A DNA stretch of 64,000 nucleotides from Eledone cirrhosa (Eukaryota). The position numbers and the translations under genes are program-made. Shown here piece by piece: positions 39,305-52,949 of this stretch. Position 1 is the stretch's first letter; every line of letters begins with the position of its first letter. Where the stretch lies: NCBI GenBank assembly GCA_964016885.1, contig OZ024745.1, positions 123,318,001 through 123,382,000 of the forward strand. Reading direction: 5' to 3'. The notes under the pieces are model-generated. The model made no database searches. It had not been told where the DNA came from and saw nothing but the letters and a program-made list of their open reading frames with translations.

Positions 39305-40020
39305 ATGATGATTTCTTTATTAACCACAAAGGGTTTACATCAAGAAAAACATTATGATAGTGCAGGACAAAAACATAGAATGTGTGTGTGTATATGTGCG
39401 TTAATGTGTGGGTTTTGCGTGTAAGCAAATTTTAACAATGTTAAAAAAAATGTTTAATAAAATTAAAACAAAGAAGGTTCCTCAATAGGGAAGAGATGTT
39501 CGAGGGTCATTCATGGAAAAAAAAAAAAAACCACATATGCCCTGATTTTGAGGACAAGTGTCCTGTCCCAGTTGTACTCCTCCAAACTACAGGCTTACAC
39601 TCAGAGCAAACCCATTCACTCGGTCCATGGTCACTTCCCTCACCCACCTTTCAACAAATTACTTTGAAGGAAGTACTTCTCTCTCTATTCTGATTTTCCT
39701 CCTCAAGTGGAATCTGAAGAAGTTAATCAGGGCTTCTCCAAAGAGGAAAGTGCTTGTCTTCAAACTTTTCAAGTGTGTCCACCATACAACCTCTTTCACT
39801 ATGGCCACAAGACATAAAACTGGTCTGCCCTTCTTGACTAAAAGAAGGTGGTGGGACAATCTTCACAATGGACTCGGTAGATAACCGAATTTGTCCTACA
39901 CAGGACAACTGGTGTTCGACATAAATGCACAAGTCAGCAATGCTCGGACACTGGACAATTGCATGCAGAACGGTTTCATCACCCTGCTCACATCTCGGAC
40001 AGGCCTGGCTGACAGCGCTT
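39305..40020 (-). mobile_element. Tx1 3' end fragment
   Basis: KEVVWWT.LK.LKT.TFLFGE.LINFFRFHL, homologous to 967-1599. Confidence 0.8.
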
Positions 40021-40227
40021 CTATTTCTTTATCATTATTTTCTTATTGGCAGTATCGGAAGAGAGTCGGACGCCATGCTTTCCAGCATAGTTACGTCCCT
40101 TTACGGTCTGAGTTCAAATCCCGCCGAGGTTTACTTTGCCTTTCATCCTTACGGGGTCGATAAAATAAAGTACCAGTAATGCACTGGGTAATTGCTGGCC
40201 TTGTGCCTAAAGTAGAAACAATTATTA

Positions 40228-40770
40228 TAATGAGTCTCAGTCATTGATGTTATTTAACAAGAAAGTTTGTTCAAATGAACATCAAGCCGCTACCTGCAGC
40301 CTCAGATATTCAGGACGTATTGGGGGGGTTCTTGCTATTTCCAGCAAGTATGCCTTTTGAAGTGTTCTAAAAAATAGGGTTATTATTATTATTTTTATTA
40401 TTATTATTATTTAGATAATTATTTTTATTGCACATCATTACTGAGCACAGCTCTGTGTGCCTTGAGTATAAGCAGTGTAGTTTTTGCTGATGTTGTTTCT
40501 ATTGTATTAATAGTACTTTTCATAATATGTGTGCAGTGCCTAGTAGTGTTATCTTTTGTATGTTGTATATATTTGTAAGTCCTGGGGTTTGGGCTATGTA
40601 TTTGTCTGTGTGTTTTGTTTAGCATTCCTAGAGCCCCTATTATTATAGGTATTGTTTCTGTTTTCCTTTTCCACATTCGAGTTATTTCTATCTCTAGATC
40701 TTTATATTTGGAGAGTTTCTCTATTTCCTTGGAAGATATATTGTCCTCTGTGGGGATTGATACATCTATT
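40228..40770 (-). mobile_element. Two R4/Dong-clade 3' fragments (two families)
   Basis: 40228-40378 matches 6290-6425; 40425-40770 encodes LIDVSIP...KEIEKLSKYKDLEIEITRMW...IPIIIGALG. Confidence 0.8.
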
Positions 40771-40774
40771 AGTA

Positions 40775-41750
40775 TTAGGAAAATCAAGGTGGAGAGGAAA
40801 ATGCTCCCTTCCCAGCATTTTGTTGAAAGATGGGTGGGAGAGGCGAGCATGGCCTGAGTGAATAGGCCTGCTCTGAGTATGAGCCCATAGACTGGAGGTG
40901 GAAAACAGGGAGAGGTCACTTGCTCTGGTGGTCAGGGTCACCATGACTTTTTTAATGGGCTTTCTCTACAAGTAACCCTCAGAGGTCTCCCCCCTATTGG
41001 GGAATTTTCCTTTGTTTCATTTTTTTTTTGTTACATCCCTTGTTTTTGTTTTATGTATTTGTTTTTACTCACAGTGTGGAAGATTGACGTTAAACGATGA
41101 TGATGATGATGCTGATGATGAGAAACGCCCATTTCTACAGTCCTGTACCGTCTTGTGCTGTCCTTAATATTATACTTTGTGTCGACTCTTGTGATTAATA
41201 AAGAAAACATTATTATTATTATTTTTTCATTTATTATTATTGTTATTATTAATAGTATTATTATTGTAATCGATGTTATTATTCCTGGTTAAGATGCTTT
41301 TACATTCTTTATCTTAATTATGCTTTCTTTATTAACCACAAGGATTTACACAAAGTAAGACATTAAGGATAATACAGGACGGTACAAATGGGTATTTCTG
41401 CGTGTAAAAAAAAACAAATACAGAGGATGTAACAAAAAAGAAACAATGAAAAATTCCCCAATAGGGGGGAGACTTCCGAGGGACATTCGTGGAGAAAGCC
41501 CATTAAAAAAGCCACGGTGACCCTGACCACCAGGGCAAGTGCCCTCTCCCAGTTTTGCATCTTCAATTTACAGGCACATACTCAGAGTAGGCCCATTCAC
41601 TCTGGCCATTCTTGCCTCTCTCACCCATCTTTCAACAAAACGCTGGGAAGACAGCACTTCCCTCTCTACCCTGATTTTCCTTTTCAAATAAAATTTGAAA
41701 AAGTTAATCAGGGCATCAACGAAGAGGTAAGTGCTCGTTTTCAGCCCATT
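40775..41750. mobile_element. Tail-to-tail pair of Tx1 3' ends
   Basis: 40775-41215 (+) and 41325-41750 (-) are mutually inverted homologues separated by (ATT)n. Confidence 0.75.
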
Positions 41751-42547
41751 CTTTATCTTAATTATAAGAACAGAAAAGTTATTTCACATTTGTCAAAAGC
41801 CTATTTTGACAAGTTATTTTAGTGATCTTAAAGAGATGAAACCAAACAATTTATCAACCTTAAAAAGACTTGATCTCAGATCACTGAATCACCAAATTTA
41901 CAATGAAATTGATGTTATAGAATGGGTTCAACATGAATTGGCTTGGGATAGGAAATGGGTAGAATGAGAACACAACTATTTTATTTCTCCCTCAGGCAAG
42001 TATTGTATGATTGAACAATTTGTATTCCATTCTGAATATGACTCCTTGTAGCAAATGCTGTTCCCCTAGAACCCAGGCCAGACTTTTACCTGCTGAGGCT
42101 CTAAGCTATATGACATTTGAGGCCCTTCTTTAAAAAAGTAGAGTTATTATTTTTTTATATTAATGATAAAGAATAAATAATATATATGTATATATATATA
42201 TTATATATATGTATATATATATTATATATATGTATATATATAATATCTAAACTATAATAAAGTAAGGAGTGTGGACTGCATCCAGAATATATTTTTTTAT
42301 CCCATTTGTAAGCCAAGCATCAGCACTCCGATGTTCAAAAAAATTGTAACTGACAAGCTAAGGACAATCAAGGAAAATGACTTCCAGTACTGCTATGATC
42401 AATAGAAAAAAACATTGGAACCACTGTGTGACTTTCCAAGGAGATAACTTGTAATTCCATGTATGTCTTATATATATTTAAATAAAACATCAGTACACTT
42501 ACTTTGGGGTCAAACCTTGTATTATATCATTTTGAAATGCATTGCAT

Positions 42548-43780
42548 TGTTTGTAGGAAAGAAAATAAGGCGGCGGTCCCATCGGGGAAATGGCCATGCT
42601 CAGTGTGTAGGAAAGGCGTAGGTAGAAACTCCATTTTATGTCCCAAATGCAAAGTATGGGTGCATAAAAGATGTAGTGGGATCACAGGTAAGCTAACTAA
42701 GAACATAGATTTTACATGTGGCCGGTGCTCTGGTGCAATAAGTAGCAGCAAGTGCCCACAAAATACTAGCTCCTTCAACTGCGCAGAGGGTTCTATAGAA
42801 ATAGTGGACAGCTTCCGTTATCTGGGTGACAAAATCAGCAGTGGGGGAGGGTGCTCTGAAAGTACAGTAGCTAGAGTCAGAACTGGATGGAAAAAGTTCA
42901 GAGAGCTTATACCACTATTAGCCGCTAGAGGGTTCTCCCTAAAAATGAAAGGCAGGTTATACGATGCCTGCATACGAACAGCAATGTTGCATGGCAGTGA
43001 GACCTGGGCATTGTGTGCAGAGGATATATGCAGACTAGAGAGGAACGAAGCTTGCATGCTCCGCTGGATGTGCAATAGTAATATACGTGAACGGCAAAGC
43101 ATAAACGAACTAAGGAAAAAATTAGAAATAAGAGGGATCAGATGTTGTTTACTCGAGAGAAGGCTACGTTGGTACGGTCACGTGATGCGCATGAAAGACG
43201 ACAGCTGTATAACAAAGTGCAGGGCAATAAAGATAGACGGTAGCCACGGAGTAGGCAGACCCAGAAAAACATGGGACGAGCTGATAAATTCCGACCTCAC
43301 ACGCTTACACCTCTCCAAGACAATGTCACTGGACCGAGACCTTTGGCGGTACTCAGTAATAGAGAAGACCCGCCTTACCTAAATACAAAGTAAAAACCTA
43401 CTACAGTCAGTAGGCATCTCTATCAAAACACACCCCCGTCCCACCACCTCCACCCCACCCACACCGCCCCTTTCAATGTAAAGTTATGTTGGTCCCACAA
43501 CATCCAGGCCGAAACAAATGAGATCGTGTAGGTGTCACGACAAAAAACACACAGTCCACGCTGTAAATGTGGCCGTGTAGGCAACACGGTAAAAACCTCC
43601 CAGCCCCACACTGTAAATGTGGTTGGTGTTAGGAAGGGCATCCAACTGTAGAAAACCCGCCAGACAGTCCTATGCGAGCAAGACAACCACTCTTGCCTCA
43701 AGTGGGAAAACCCCCGTCCAAACCCATGCAAGCGTGGAACACGGACGCTAAACCTGATGATGATGATGATGATGATGATG
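42548..43780 (+). mobile_element. 5'-truncated RTE LINE copy (PHD, RT C-terminus and 3' UTR)
   Basis: ORF 42504-43382 is nearly identical to the last ~278 aa of 32210-35074; ends in (GAT)n. Confidence 0.92.
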
Positions 43781-44861
43781 TTAATGTGGATGATCACATA
43801 CACATACACAGTGGCATACACATACAGTGACATACACATACACATTGACACACATACACAGTCATATACACACACATACACAGTCACACATATATATGCA
43901 GTCACACACACATGCACAAATATGCAACATGTAACTGCTATTGAGTTATATTGAGATTTGTATTGACATTAAGGTTTGCATTACTTTTAACCCCCTTTTA
44001 ACCAGAGTCACGCCTCCTTAAGAATACGATATAAAGGAATATACTTTTATCTTCATTTCAAGAAAATCTATCAACTCTCTAGTGGCAGAGTAATATAGAA
44101 TAGACTCACTCTACCTTTGGATACAGGAAATGGATTTGCCTTGTGCTGTCCATTGAATATACTCTCTCTATAAATCCATAGCCTTGCTTTACACCTTTCA
44201 TTGGTTACAATCACCTGTCATGACCTATCAACTCCCATATCAAACTTTTCCAGTCATGTGAAAATATGTTATAAAACAGCATGAAAATTTTGGCTTTTTG
44301 AAGAATCTACAAAGTTTTTCTTAATCCACACTTGCCAGATTAATATGCTACACTGGGTATTCAAAATAACAATTTCTCTTACCATTCTTTCTCTCTAAGA
44401 CACAATGTTGTTTGCTTGTTCTTTAGATATAAAAGACTTATACATTCACAAGGTATTTATAATGTCGCATTGCATTTATTAATACTTACAAAAAATTTAA
44501 TGCACTCTCTGAACCACATTCTCTATTCTTCTTCTTATAATTAATAGTTGAGTTATTGTGTACTCTACATTTTATATGTAGTAATGTGAAGTTGAATATA
44601 TATAATGAAAATAAAAGAGATTGTAATTGTGTATAGTCTCTGAAATAACTTTTTACTGGCAGAGAATCTGAACAGTTCTGCACTGAACAAGACATAACAC
44701 TTGTAGTTAGTTGTGTTAGCTATCATCAGTCTAACCCAGCAGAGAGACATGTTCAGACCATCAACAATCTACATTGCTTGGTGTCTTTATGAATATCAAA
44801 CATGGCTACCACACACTGGTCTTTATCTAGTAAAATAAAGAGCCCTAATAAGGAGACCTAA

Positions 44862-45128
44862 TGATTAGGATACTTGCTGTACAATTGTAACATCATAGGT
44901 TCAATTCCTAGACAGGTTGCTGTGTTGTGTTCCTGAGAAAAACACTTTATTTCACGTTGTTCCAGTACACTTAGCTGAGAGTGAGTACCAGCAATAGCTG
45001 GGAAGTTAATGCTGCAATAGACTGGCATCCTATCCAGGGAGAGTTTGCACTCTCAGTCACTTAATGCTAAGGAAACCCGGAATAAGCACCGGGCCGATGA
45101 GCCTTTGTCTTAGAACAGACTTTAACTT
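44862..45128 (+). mobile_element. SINE with family-B head and a third type of tail
   Basis: tRNA-like head, AACACTTTATTTCACGTTG, then GACTGGCATCCTATCCAGGGAG...GCTAAGGAAACC. Confidence 0.6.
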
Positions 45129-45182
45129 AATAAGGAAAAACAAGCAGAATGTTCTGTGACTGTTCAATTTTACTGGCCATCA

Positions 45183-45937
45183 TCTATATATATATAAAAC
45201 TGAGGATGTCTGTCTGTGTGTGTGTGAGTTTGAATCGCTAAAACTAGAGAAGCACCCAACTGACTGTTTTCAAACTTTACACATGTAATACTTATGTTTC
45301 AGGGAATGTTCTGAGCAAAGAAATTTTCAAATTTTCAATGCCCTAGGGGTGTCTGTGTGTGTGTCTGTGAGTTTGAATCCCTAAAACTCGAGAAGTACCC
45401 AACCGATTCTTTTCAGACTTTACATGTGTATTACTTATGTTTCAGGGAGTGTTATGCACATAAAAAAATTCAATTTTTTTTTATCTCCTAGGGCCCGTAT
45501 TAGGTGAAAAACTGCGTTTTTTCAGTTTTTTAGGGGTTATTTGAGGCGTTACGTCATAATTGTAATTATGTATTAGTCAGTCTTTTCTTCATACCGTAAG
45601 CAAAGAAAATCCAACTTTTTTATGGCCTAGGGCCCGCATTACGTGAAAAACTTCATTTTTTCAGCTTTTTAGGGCTTTTTGGTGGCATTACGTCTAGCCG
45701 CTTTTCCCAAAATTTCAAGGCATATTATGCATATAAAAAAAATTTATTTTCTTGATCTCCTAGGATTAGATGAAAACCTGCATTTTTCCTGCTTCATCGA
45801 GGAAAATCTTAAAGATTATCCAGCCATCAGAGTATTCGGTTTATTTTCTTTACATATTGTCCAGGCATGCAGTTTTTCTGTTGGCAGCCCGCGTTCCAAA
45901 ATACCTTATCCCGTGCAACGCCGGGTACCACTGCTAG
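45183..45937 (+). mobile_element. Non-autonomous Helitron
   Basis: A|TCTATATATATATAAAA...CCCGTGCAACGCCGGG(N)CTAG|T; no TSD; internal ~150-bp duplication. Confidence 0.85.
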
Positions 45938-46506
45938 TAATATAATAAAGGGAGGAGTGCAGGACTGCGTCCTGATTATATTTTTTTATCCCATTAGTAA
46001 AATAAGTTAGATTACTTTGAATAAATAATGAATGAATATTATATAATTTATCTACTAAATTTTGTAACTGTAGATTAAACATAAATATTCTTATATATAA
46101 TGATTGCTTATTTTAAGGTTCACTTCTCTTAATTTTCAAATGTCAACACTTCCAGTTAGTGTCCGTTATATCATAACACTTATTACATTGCTTATATAAA
46201 CATTCATATATTTGCATCCTTATATAAGGTTTATATTTCTGTCGCTAATTTTCTTCTTTTTCGTTTTCATAACATTTCACCGTAATGCAGTTTATATATA
46301 ATATCCTATTTTTTTTAATGTATCATGGATTACTTTACTGATTACAGAAGAGAGTGTAACACAATCTCTCTTCAATTTCTGTGCATGTTCTCAATTACGA
46401 TTTTATTTGACGTATCATATCTACATGCATATATATTTGCGTATAATATCAATATACACACTACACATGCTAGCAGAAAACCACCTGAAGAGTAGTTTTC
46501 TGCTAG
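45938..46506 (+). mobile_element. Second Helitron family, in tandem with the first
   Basis: 5' ATAATAAAG.AGGAGTG (also at about 42248 and, inverted, at about 63085-63114); 3' palindrome CTAGCAGAAAACC...TTTTCTGCTAG|T (also at 61011-61047). Confidence 0.6.
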
Positions 46507-47685
46507 TTAAAATAATGTTACATCTCCTTTTTGTATATGTACCATACAATCCAAATTCATAGTATATTAACAACTGCAGTAAATAAAACAATACAATAAA
46601 TGATGTATAAAAAGAAAATACATATGCAACATACTTATATAAAAAACACATGTGGGTGTAATATTTTCCAGTATTTTCATATGTAAGTATAGCAATAGTA
46701 CCAATCCATGATAATAACAATGAGTTTAACCCTTTAGCATTTAAACCGGCTATATCTGGCTAGAATTCTCTCACCTCTTTCTGTTCAAACTGGTTATAAC
46801 CGGCCACTCATACTGATATTAAGGTGTTGTTCTCAAAATAAATGATATCAAAATGTCATAGATACCATATTATGTGAGGTAAAGCCATTACCACGAAATT
46901 ACAATAGTAAATATAGAGTAATGTAAATGGTAAAGGGTTAATGTGAGCAACATTAGACACTTATAATGATACCATTTAATGATCACTTGATCCTGTTTAT
47001 CTAGGCTAGTGCTCACCAACCATTTTATAACACCTTTTTTTCTCTTTTGTGGAGGTAAAACATTTGTATTGATCAATATATTTTAATTAAGACAAGAAAT
47101 TACATTCCTTGCCTAAAACATAAAAATATATTAAAATTATACGTTAACTCTGCATAAATTAAACAAAATGAGTTGAAATTGTGCTGACCTTACATAGTGA
47201 GATACTTGGACTTTGAAATATCTTGATAAGTCAAACATACATTACTTGATGTCTTTGTTGGTATCCATCATGGCTGACAACGACTCTGGGTTTTATATAG
47301 TAAACCAAGGAGTCCTCATAAGGAGAAATAAGTAGAATGTGCTGTGATTAGCTTATTTACAAGCCATTCAACTAAGGTTACATCTTCTTTTTGTCTATGT
47401 ACCATACAATTCATATGTAATCTATATTAACAACTGCATTAAATAAAACAATACAATAAGCTATGTTACCAAATTATGCTATAGATTTTTAAATACTTCC
47501 AAAATAATAAATAAATCAAGTTTGCTATAACAGTAGTATGCTAATACGACATTGCATGCGCATCTGGATGTTATAGAGGATATTAAATCTTTTTTTATAG
47601 AGCTTTAAGGTTTTATTCACCAAAACATAAAATCAAATATTTAAAAGAGACACCTAGATCTGTATAGGGTTATTATTAAAAAATA

Positions 47686-50200
47686 TTATAAGTTTAATCT
47701 ATCAGAGACTTTGATAATTCTTCCAGAGTGTGTTTTGTCAGAGGATATTAGTAAAACCTGCTTATCAACATCTTTAGCACTCTCTAAGATTGATTTTGAG
47801 GATGAAGTACTGGTGTCATGGTTTCTACTTGTAACTTTATCAGACTTGTCAGCATTCTCATGATGGCTGGTATGTCTCTCATGGAAAATCTTGTCTTGGG
47901 GATGAACAATACTTGTATTGAACAGAGGTCTTTTCTGTTTTGGGGATATACTTGTCTCTTTCTCAGTTTGAACTAAATATAAACTATCCTTTCTAACAAT
48001 TACTTTGGCAGGTGACCATCCTTTGCTATTATTGTCTTGCTTGCTATAAGCCATAACAGTCTGCCCTTCTGTCAACCTGGTTCTTGCATGTGTCTACCTG
48101 ATATAATAACTGGCAGATTTTTATGCATGATTGGATAAAGGATCACTGTAGTTCTCATTAATTTTCACCCGAGGTTTAGAGACCTACACAGATCTGAGGT
48201 TTTGCCAAATAGTAGTTCACCTCAACTGGGGACATTAGAATTAACTGGTGTGTAATTAAGTACCAATAATTCTATATGAAAATTGCTCTGATTTGTTTTT
48301 GAAAGTAGATTCTTGACAGTCTGAACATGTCTCTCTGTTGGGCTAGACTGATATTACTTATATCTAGTTCAGTTCAGACCTGTACAAATTCTCTGCTAGT
48401 AACATTAGTGCCCTGATCTCAAGTGATCTGCTCTGACAAACCAATCTATGAAAATAGGCTAGAAAGAACATGCTTTGTTTTGGCAATTGAATTATCAATC
48501 TGTTTTACTGAAACAAAACAACTATAATGGTCTACTGTAATTAGAAAAGATAAACCTCAGAACTTATCTAAGCAGATGGTCTGTCATGGATATGCAACAA
48601 TTGTGCTTTACAAAGGTTCTGAGTACTGTCTATTGCAAGTTTCTTGACTGGCAAGGTATCTTTCAGTTAATGCTGTCACTTCCTGTGTGATCCTATGCCA
48701 GAATACACACTTTCTTGCTTAGAGTAGAGTCTTTGTGCTTTTTGTAAAAGTTGAAGAACTTCAGGCCTTATTGACTTCAAAACTACCCTTGCCATCAACT
48801 ACACTTAGTACACTATGATAAGTGAAATATTTCTGAACACTTTCAGCACAGTCCTGGATAGAATCAGTCAATCCATCTATTAAATACTGTACAAATATCA
48901 ACAAACTGAGGTCTTGGGGTGTAGCTTGTCACACCTTCTCAAGTCTGGTTGGGGAGACAGTAAGTGAAACATTGTGGATGCTAACATCCATCCCCTTTAT
49001 GGTTTGACCATCATGTTTTGCATGTGTACTTAAATGGCTAAATGCACCAGAAATGCATTTCTTTGCCTCTCATGTATACAATATCCGAATTGAAATTGGT
49101 AAAATGCAACAACATACAAGAAAGTTGGAGTGTGATGGATGCCAGAGAAGTAAGGGAGTTATAAACAGTAAATACTGTTGCTGTTTTACCAAATATAAAT
49201 TGCTTAAAATGTAGTACAGCAAACAGTCAACAGCCAACAGCCAACAGCTCTTTCTCAACATTTCTGTATCGAGTCTCAGTTGGGGACAAAGTGTTTGAGG
49301 TATATATTATAGATCTTAAATTATGGGTACTTCACTGACTATTCCCAAGTTATCTGGCTGGCGTAGCACTGCTCCAATGCTATCTTGACTGGCATCATAT
49401 TCTATGTAGACTGGTTTTTTTTTTTCTATTGTACAGCTGAAGTGTACAGTCATCTGAAATTGCTTGTTTGAGCTACTTAAACATCTTATCCTCGTGTTGA
49501 CACCAATTAAAAACACTGTCCTGCTTAATTAGATCCTGCAGGTGTTTTCTTACTGGGTATGAATCTACGTAAATAATTCACAATACCCAGGAAACTTTAA
49601 AGCTATATCTTTTTTATAGGGGTAGGTCAGTCTTTTATAACTCGCACTTTCTTTGGTGAGGGTTTCAGTCCTTCAACAGTCAACTGCATGCCAAAGAATG
49701 GTACTCACTGTGCATTGACTGTTGGTTTTTCAGGGTTCATATAAAGGTCTATTTCTACATAATGATCCCAAAATGTGATGAGGTTCTTATCATGCTGGGC
49801 CTGTGTATTGCCAAAATTTCCAATATTGTCAGTAATATTTTTTACTCCTTTGAGGCCAGATAACAGTTTATACAAGACAGTGTTGAAAATATCAGCAGAA
49901 CATGAGAGTCCCATGGCTAGAACCTGGTAGACATAAGTTCCAAATGGTGGGAAAATTGCAGTGAATTGTTTACTCGCCTTGTCCAAATGTAAATAGAAAA
50001 ATCCTTCATCTTGTAAATCATCAAAAGTCAGCATGTCAAATATAGGTCAATGATAACTTTATTTAATGACATGGGGTCAGATTCCTGTTCTGGTATAAAC
50101 ACCAACCTCTTGATACTGTAAACATCAAGTAGATATCTTGCAGCATGTGGTCCAACACTTCTGACATCATGAAATAACTTGACAAGTCAGACATACATTA
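47686..50200 (-). mobile_element. Decayed Ty3/Gypsy LTR retrotransposon pol
   Basis: RT (HLDKASKQFTAIFPPFGTY.Y..LAMGLS), RNase H (IEYDASQDSIGAVL; ETRYRNVEKELLAV) and integrase (ERHVQTVK) in RT-RH-INT order, with many stops. Confidence 0.8.
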
Positions 50201-51569
50201 CTAGGTTTGGCTGAAGGGATTAAACTGGAGGAGGAGAAGAATGTGTCGCAGCATGTCACATCCCAGATAAGGGATTTACCTCACTCAAATGGGAAAGGGA
50301 TAATTCCGTTGGGGTGCCTGATGTCTCCATTATCGAGGCTTGCTGACTCCATTTGTGATGGGAAGCCCACTGTATCTAGGCTCCTTCTCATTATGTCATT
50401 GGTGCATATCAGAGGCACTGGTCTGTGCTCTGGCATGTTTTCTGATTTCCTCACATTAGTTGGTGTTAGGAAAGACATTCAGCCGCAGAAAACCTGCCAG
50501 ATAGTCCTATACGAGCGAGACACGGTCACCTGACCAATCTTGCCTTAAATGCAACTGTAGCGATTAGATGTCTCAGAGAAAATGATATGGTAAAAGTTGT
50601 GTTGTATCTTACAGATACAATATGACAGGAAGAATAGAATGAGCGTAGAATGTAAACAATATGAACTTACTATGTGTGAGTGCCTATTCTTAAGGACTGC
50701 TACTTCATGTCTGGCTGAGGCCGATAGGGTGAGAGCCAGTAAGGGCCAGGAGAGAGAGATAGAATGAAAGGTCTGCTACATCATGAACCTTAACACGGAC
50801 TACTTGCTTCGGTCTCTCTGGTCTTTAGATTCCTTAACTCCTTGTATTTATAATAACCTTATAGTTAGAAGGATGTGTACATGAGGTTGATTTATGATCA
50901 GCCATGTGGATATCGTCTCCCAGGAAGCTGGGATCAGAGGTAAAGTGGAATATCCGTTTATCATCTTTGTATTTGACAATGGTGGGAACCTCAAACGATA
51001 GATGGTCCAAGAGACGACAAACCTCAGATTCGGTTGCGAATCTTCGCCGGTAAACCATTATATTATATTCCGTTATAGGACAATTCCAGTCTAACCCATG
51101 CTAGCATGGAAGATAGACGTTAAACGATGATGATGATGATAAAAGTGGACTAAACGAAATGTCTATGAATAATAACTAAAGTGAACTGTCAGGTAGACTG
51201 TGTGTATGTAGTCTCTCGTTGGTAGTTCGGAATACTTTGGTTTTACCCTTGTTTTGTACAGATACACTGAACAGGTGTGTCACACCATTATGATAAATAC
51301 GTATTCACTACAACCTCATTTCTTGGCTGATGGAAACCTATAATTAACCAGGCAAATTCACAAAGTTAACATTACAAATAATTGTTTCTAATTTAGGCAT
51401 AAGGCCAGCAATCACTCAATGCATTACTGGTACTTTATTTTATCGACCCCGTACGGATGAAAGGCAGAGTTAACGTCTGGGGGATTTGAACTCAGAACGC
51501 AAAGGACCACAACTCTATGCTGCAAAGCAGGGCGTTTGATCCTCTACCGATACTGCCAATCTACCGCTC

Positions 51570-51722
51570 GTAGCGCGCAGACACCAACATTTCACTTGGT
51601 TGTAATGCTTCGCTTTCTGTAAGGAACATTGAAGTTTAGGCGATACTTTTTTACGTGCCACCGGTTTATGAATGAACAAAATTCTATCGAAGACGAGGCT
51701 GTTGACAACAAAAATGGCCGAT
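51570..51722 (+). promoter_or_regulatory. Putative DDX49 core promoter/5' UTR
   Basis: Short non-repetitive, relatively CpG-rich stretch just upstream of the ATG; YY1-like AAAATGGC overlaps the start codon; DRE-like TATCGA at about 51685. Confidence 0.4.
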
Positions 51723-51858
51723 AAAGAGCACGTGGATGATACTATTATTACTTTTAAAGAACTTGGACTAAATTCATGGATTGTCGACCAGTGTAAAGTG
51801 GTTGGAATATCAAAGCCTACGCCTATACAAGTTAACTGTATACCAGAAATTTTAAAAG
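51714..51858 (+). CDS. DDX49: Coding exon 1 of DEAD-box RNA helicase DDX49/Dbp8 orthologue
   Basis: AAAATGG start, then MADKEHVDDTIITFKELGLNSWIVDQCKVVGISKPTPIQVNCIPEILKG: a Q motif (F..LGL..W+V.QC...G...PTP+Q..CIP.IL.G) closely matching the DDX49 N-terminus. Ends at phase-1 donor AAG|GTAATG. The next exon (Walker A, KTGSGKT) was not found in the window. Confidence 0.88.
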
Positions 51859-52261
51859 GTAATGTACATTTTAAAATATTTGGCAAACAAGACACCGTGT
51901 GTTTGGTACTATACTACATTTACTTACGACGTCAATGTTGTTTACACATACACGTGTTTTATTTCTTTCATTGAGAGAATGTTTAAATTAAAAGTATTTT
52001 TTGACAGCCCCAAAAAATGATTTTTATATATGTATGTGACCCTGGAATATTTGTATTCACTAGACCAAAAGTATTTTAAGGCTTAATTTCAGTTTTATTT
52101 TTAGAAATTAATTAGTTCAATATATGTTAACGGTTAAACACAACTACGTCTATGGTATACTCAAACATTTATTAAATATGAATATATCGAAATATATATA
52201 CATTAAACTTTTATAGTAGTACTAGCTCGTTTATGCTTTGCTGTACGTTCTTATCGTGTGG

Positions 52262-52680
52262 ACAAGGGTGCCTCAACAGGGGCCACATCAGGAGGTGCTG
52301 CGTAGTCTGTGGTTCGATGCTGTAGTCTCGCAAAACTTCCTCATGCTATAAGTTATGTTAGGTTCTTTTTTTTCCTGGATTAAGAAAGAAATAGTTAAGT
52401 AACAAAGTTCTTTGTTTTCTTCGCCAACTTCTTCCTGTGAAGGTCGTGGGGTTGGGGAGAGGGTGGTAGTGTCCCCAAACACTCCTTCCAGCCTGTCCTG
52501 TCAGAAGCAACCGTCTCCAACTGATCCGACGGGATACCTAAGCGAGACCAGCCAAGCTCATGGATGTTATCCATCTTGTTGGGGGTCTGATCCTTGGTCT
52601 CCTGCCGGTTGGCTTTTACCCGTAAAATCTATCCAGCAATTCTTTCCTGAGACTTGTCCTCTCAAGTATCTATGTAAGAA
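52262..52680 (-). mobile_element. RTE LINE 3' fragment
   Basis: KPAG.RP.....RW; related fragments at 53960-54420 (-), 61130-61750 (-) and 63230-63700. Confidence 0.65.
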
Positions 52681-52949
52681 ATCATTTACTGGGTTATTAA
52701 ACCCGGAAATATGTATATATTTTATTAATTTAGAGAAGTATATCCACTCTCCAGATATATTGTAAATGGAGGTGAGAAACAAAATAAATAAGAGGTCAGT
52801 GGAAGATGCAAATAGTACATGCTTCCCTCCTCCCCATGGGTAACATCCTCTCCTTTCTAACATAGACTAGTGCCAACATAGAAGTAGGTGAAACCCTACT
52901 ACAGTGGAGGGAGCTGGATTTATAAGTTCCTGATGCAGAGTGTCTAGGA

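Noticed and set aside
51672-51974. 100-aa single-exon ORF as listed in the track
   Set aside because: Homology starts at ATG 51714 and ends at the GT donor at 51859; the rest is UTR or intron.
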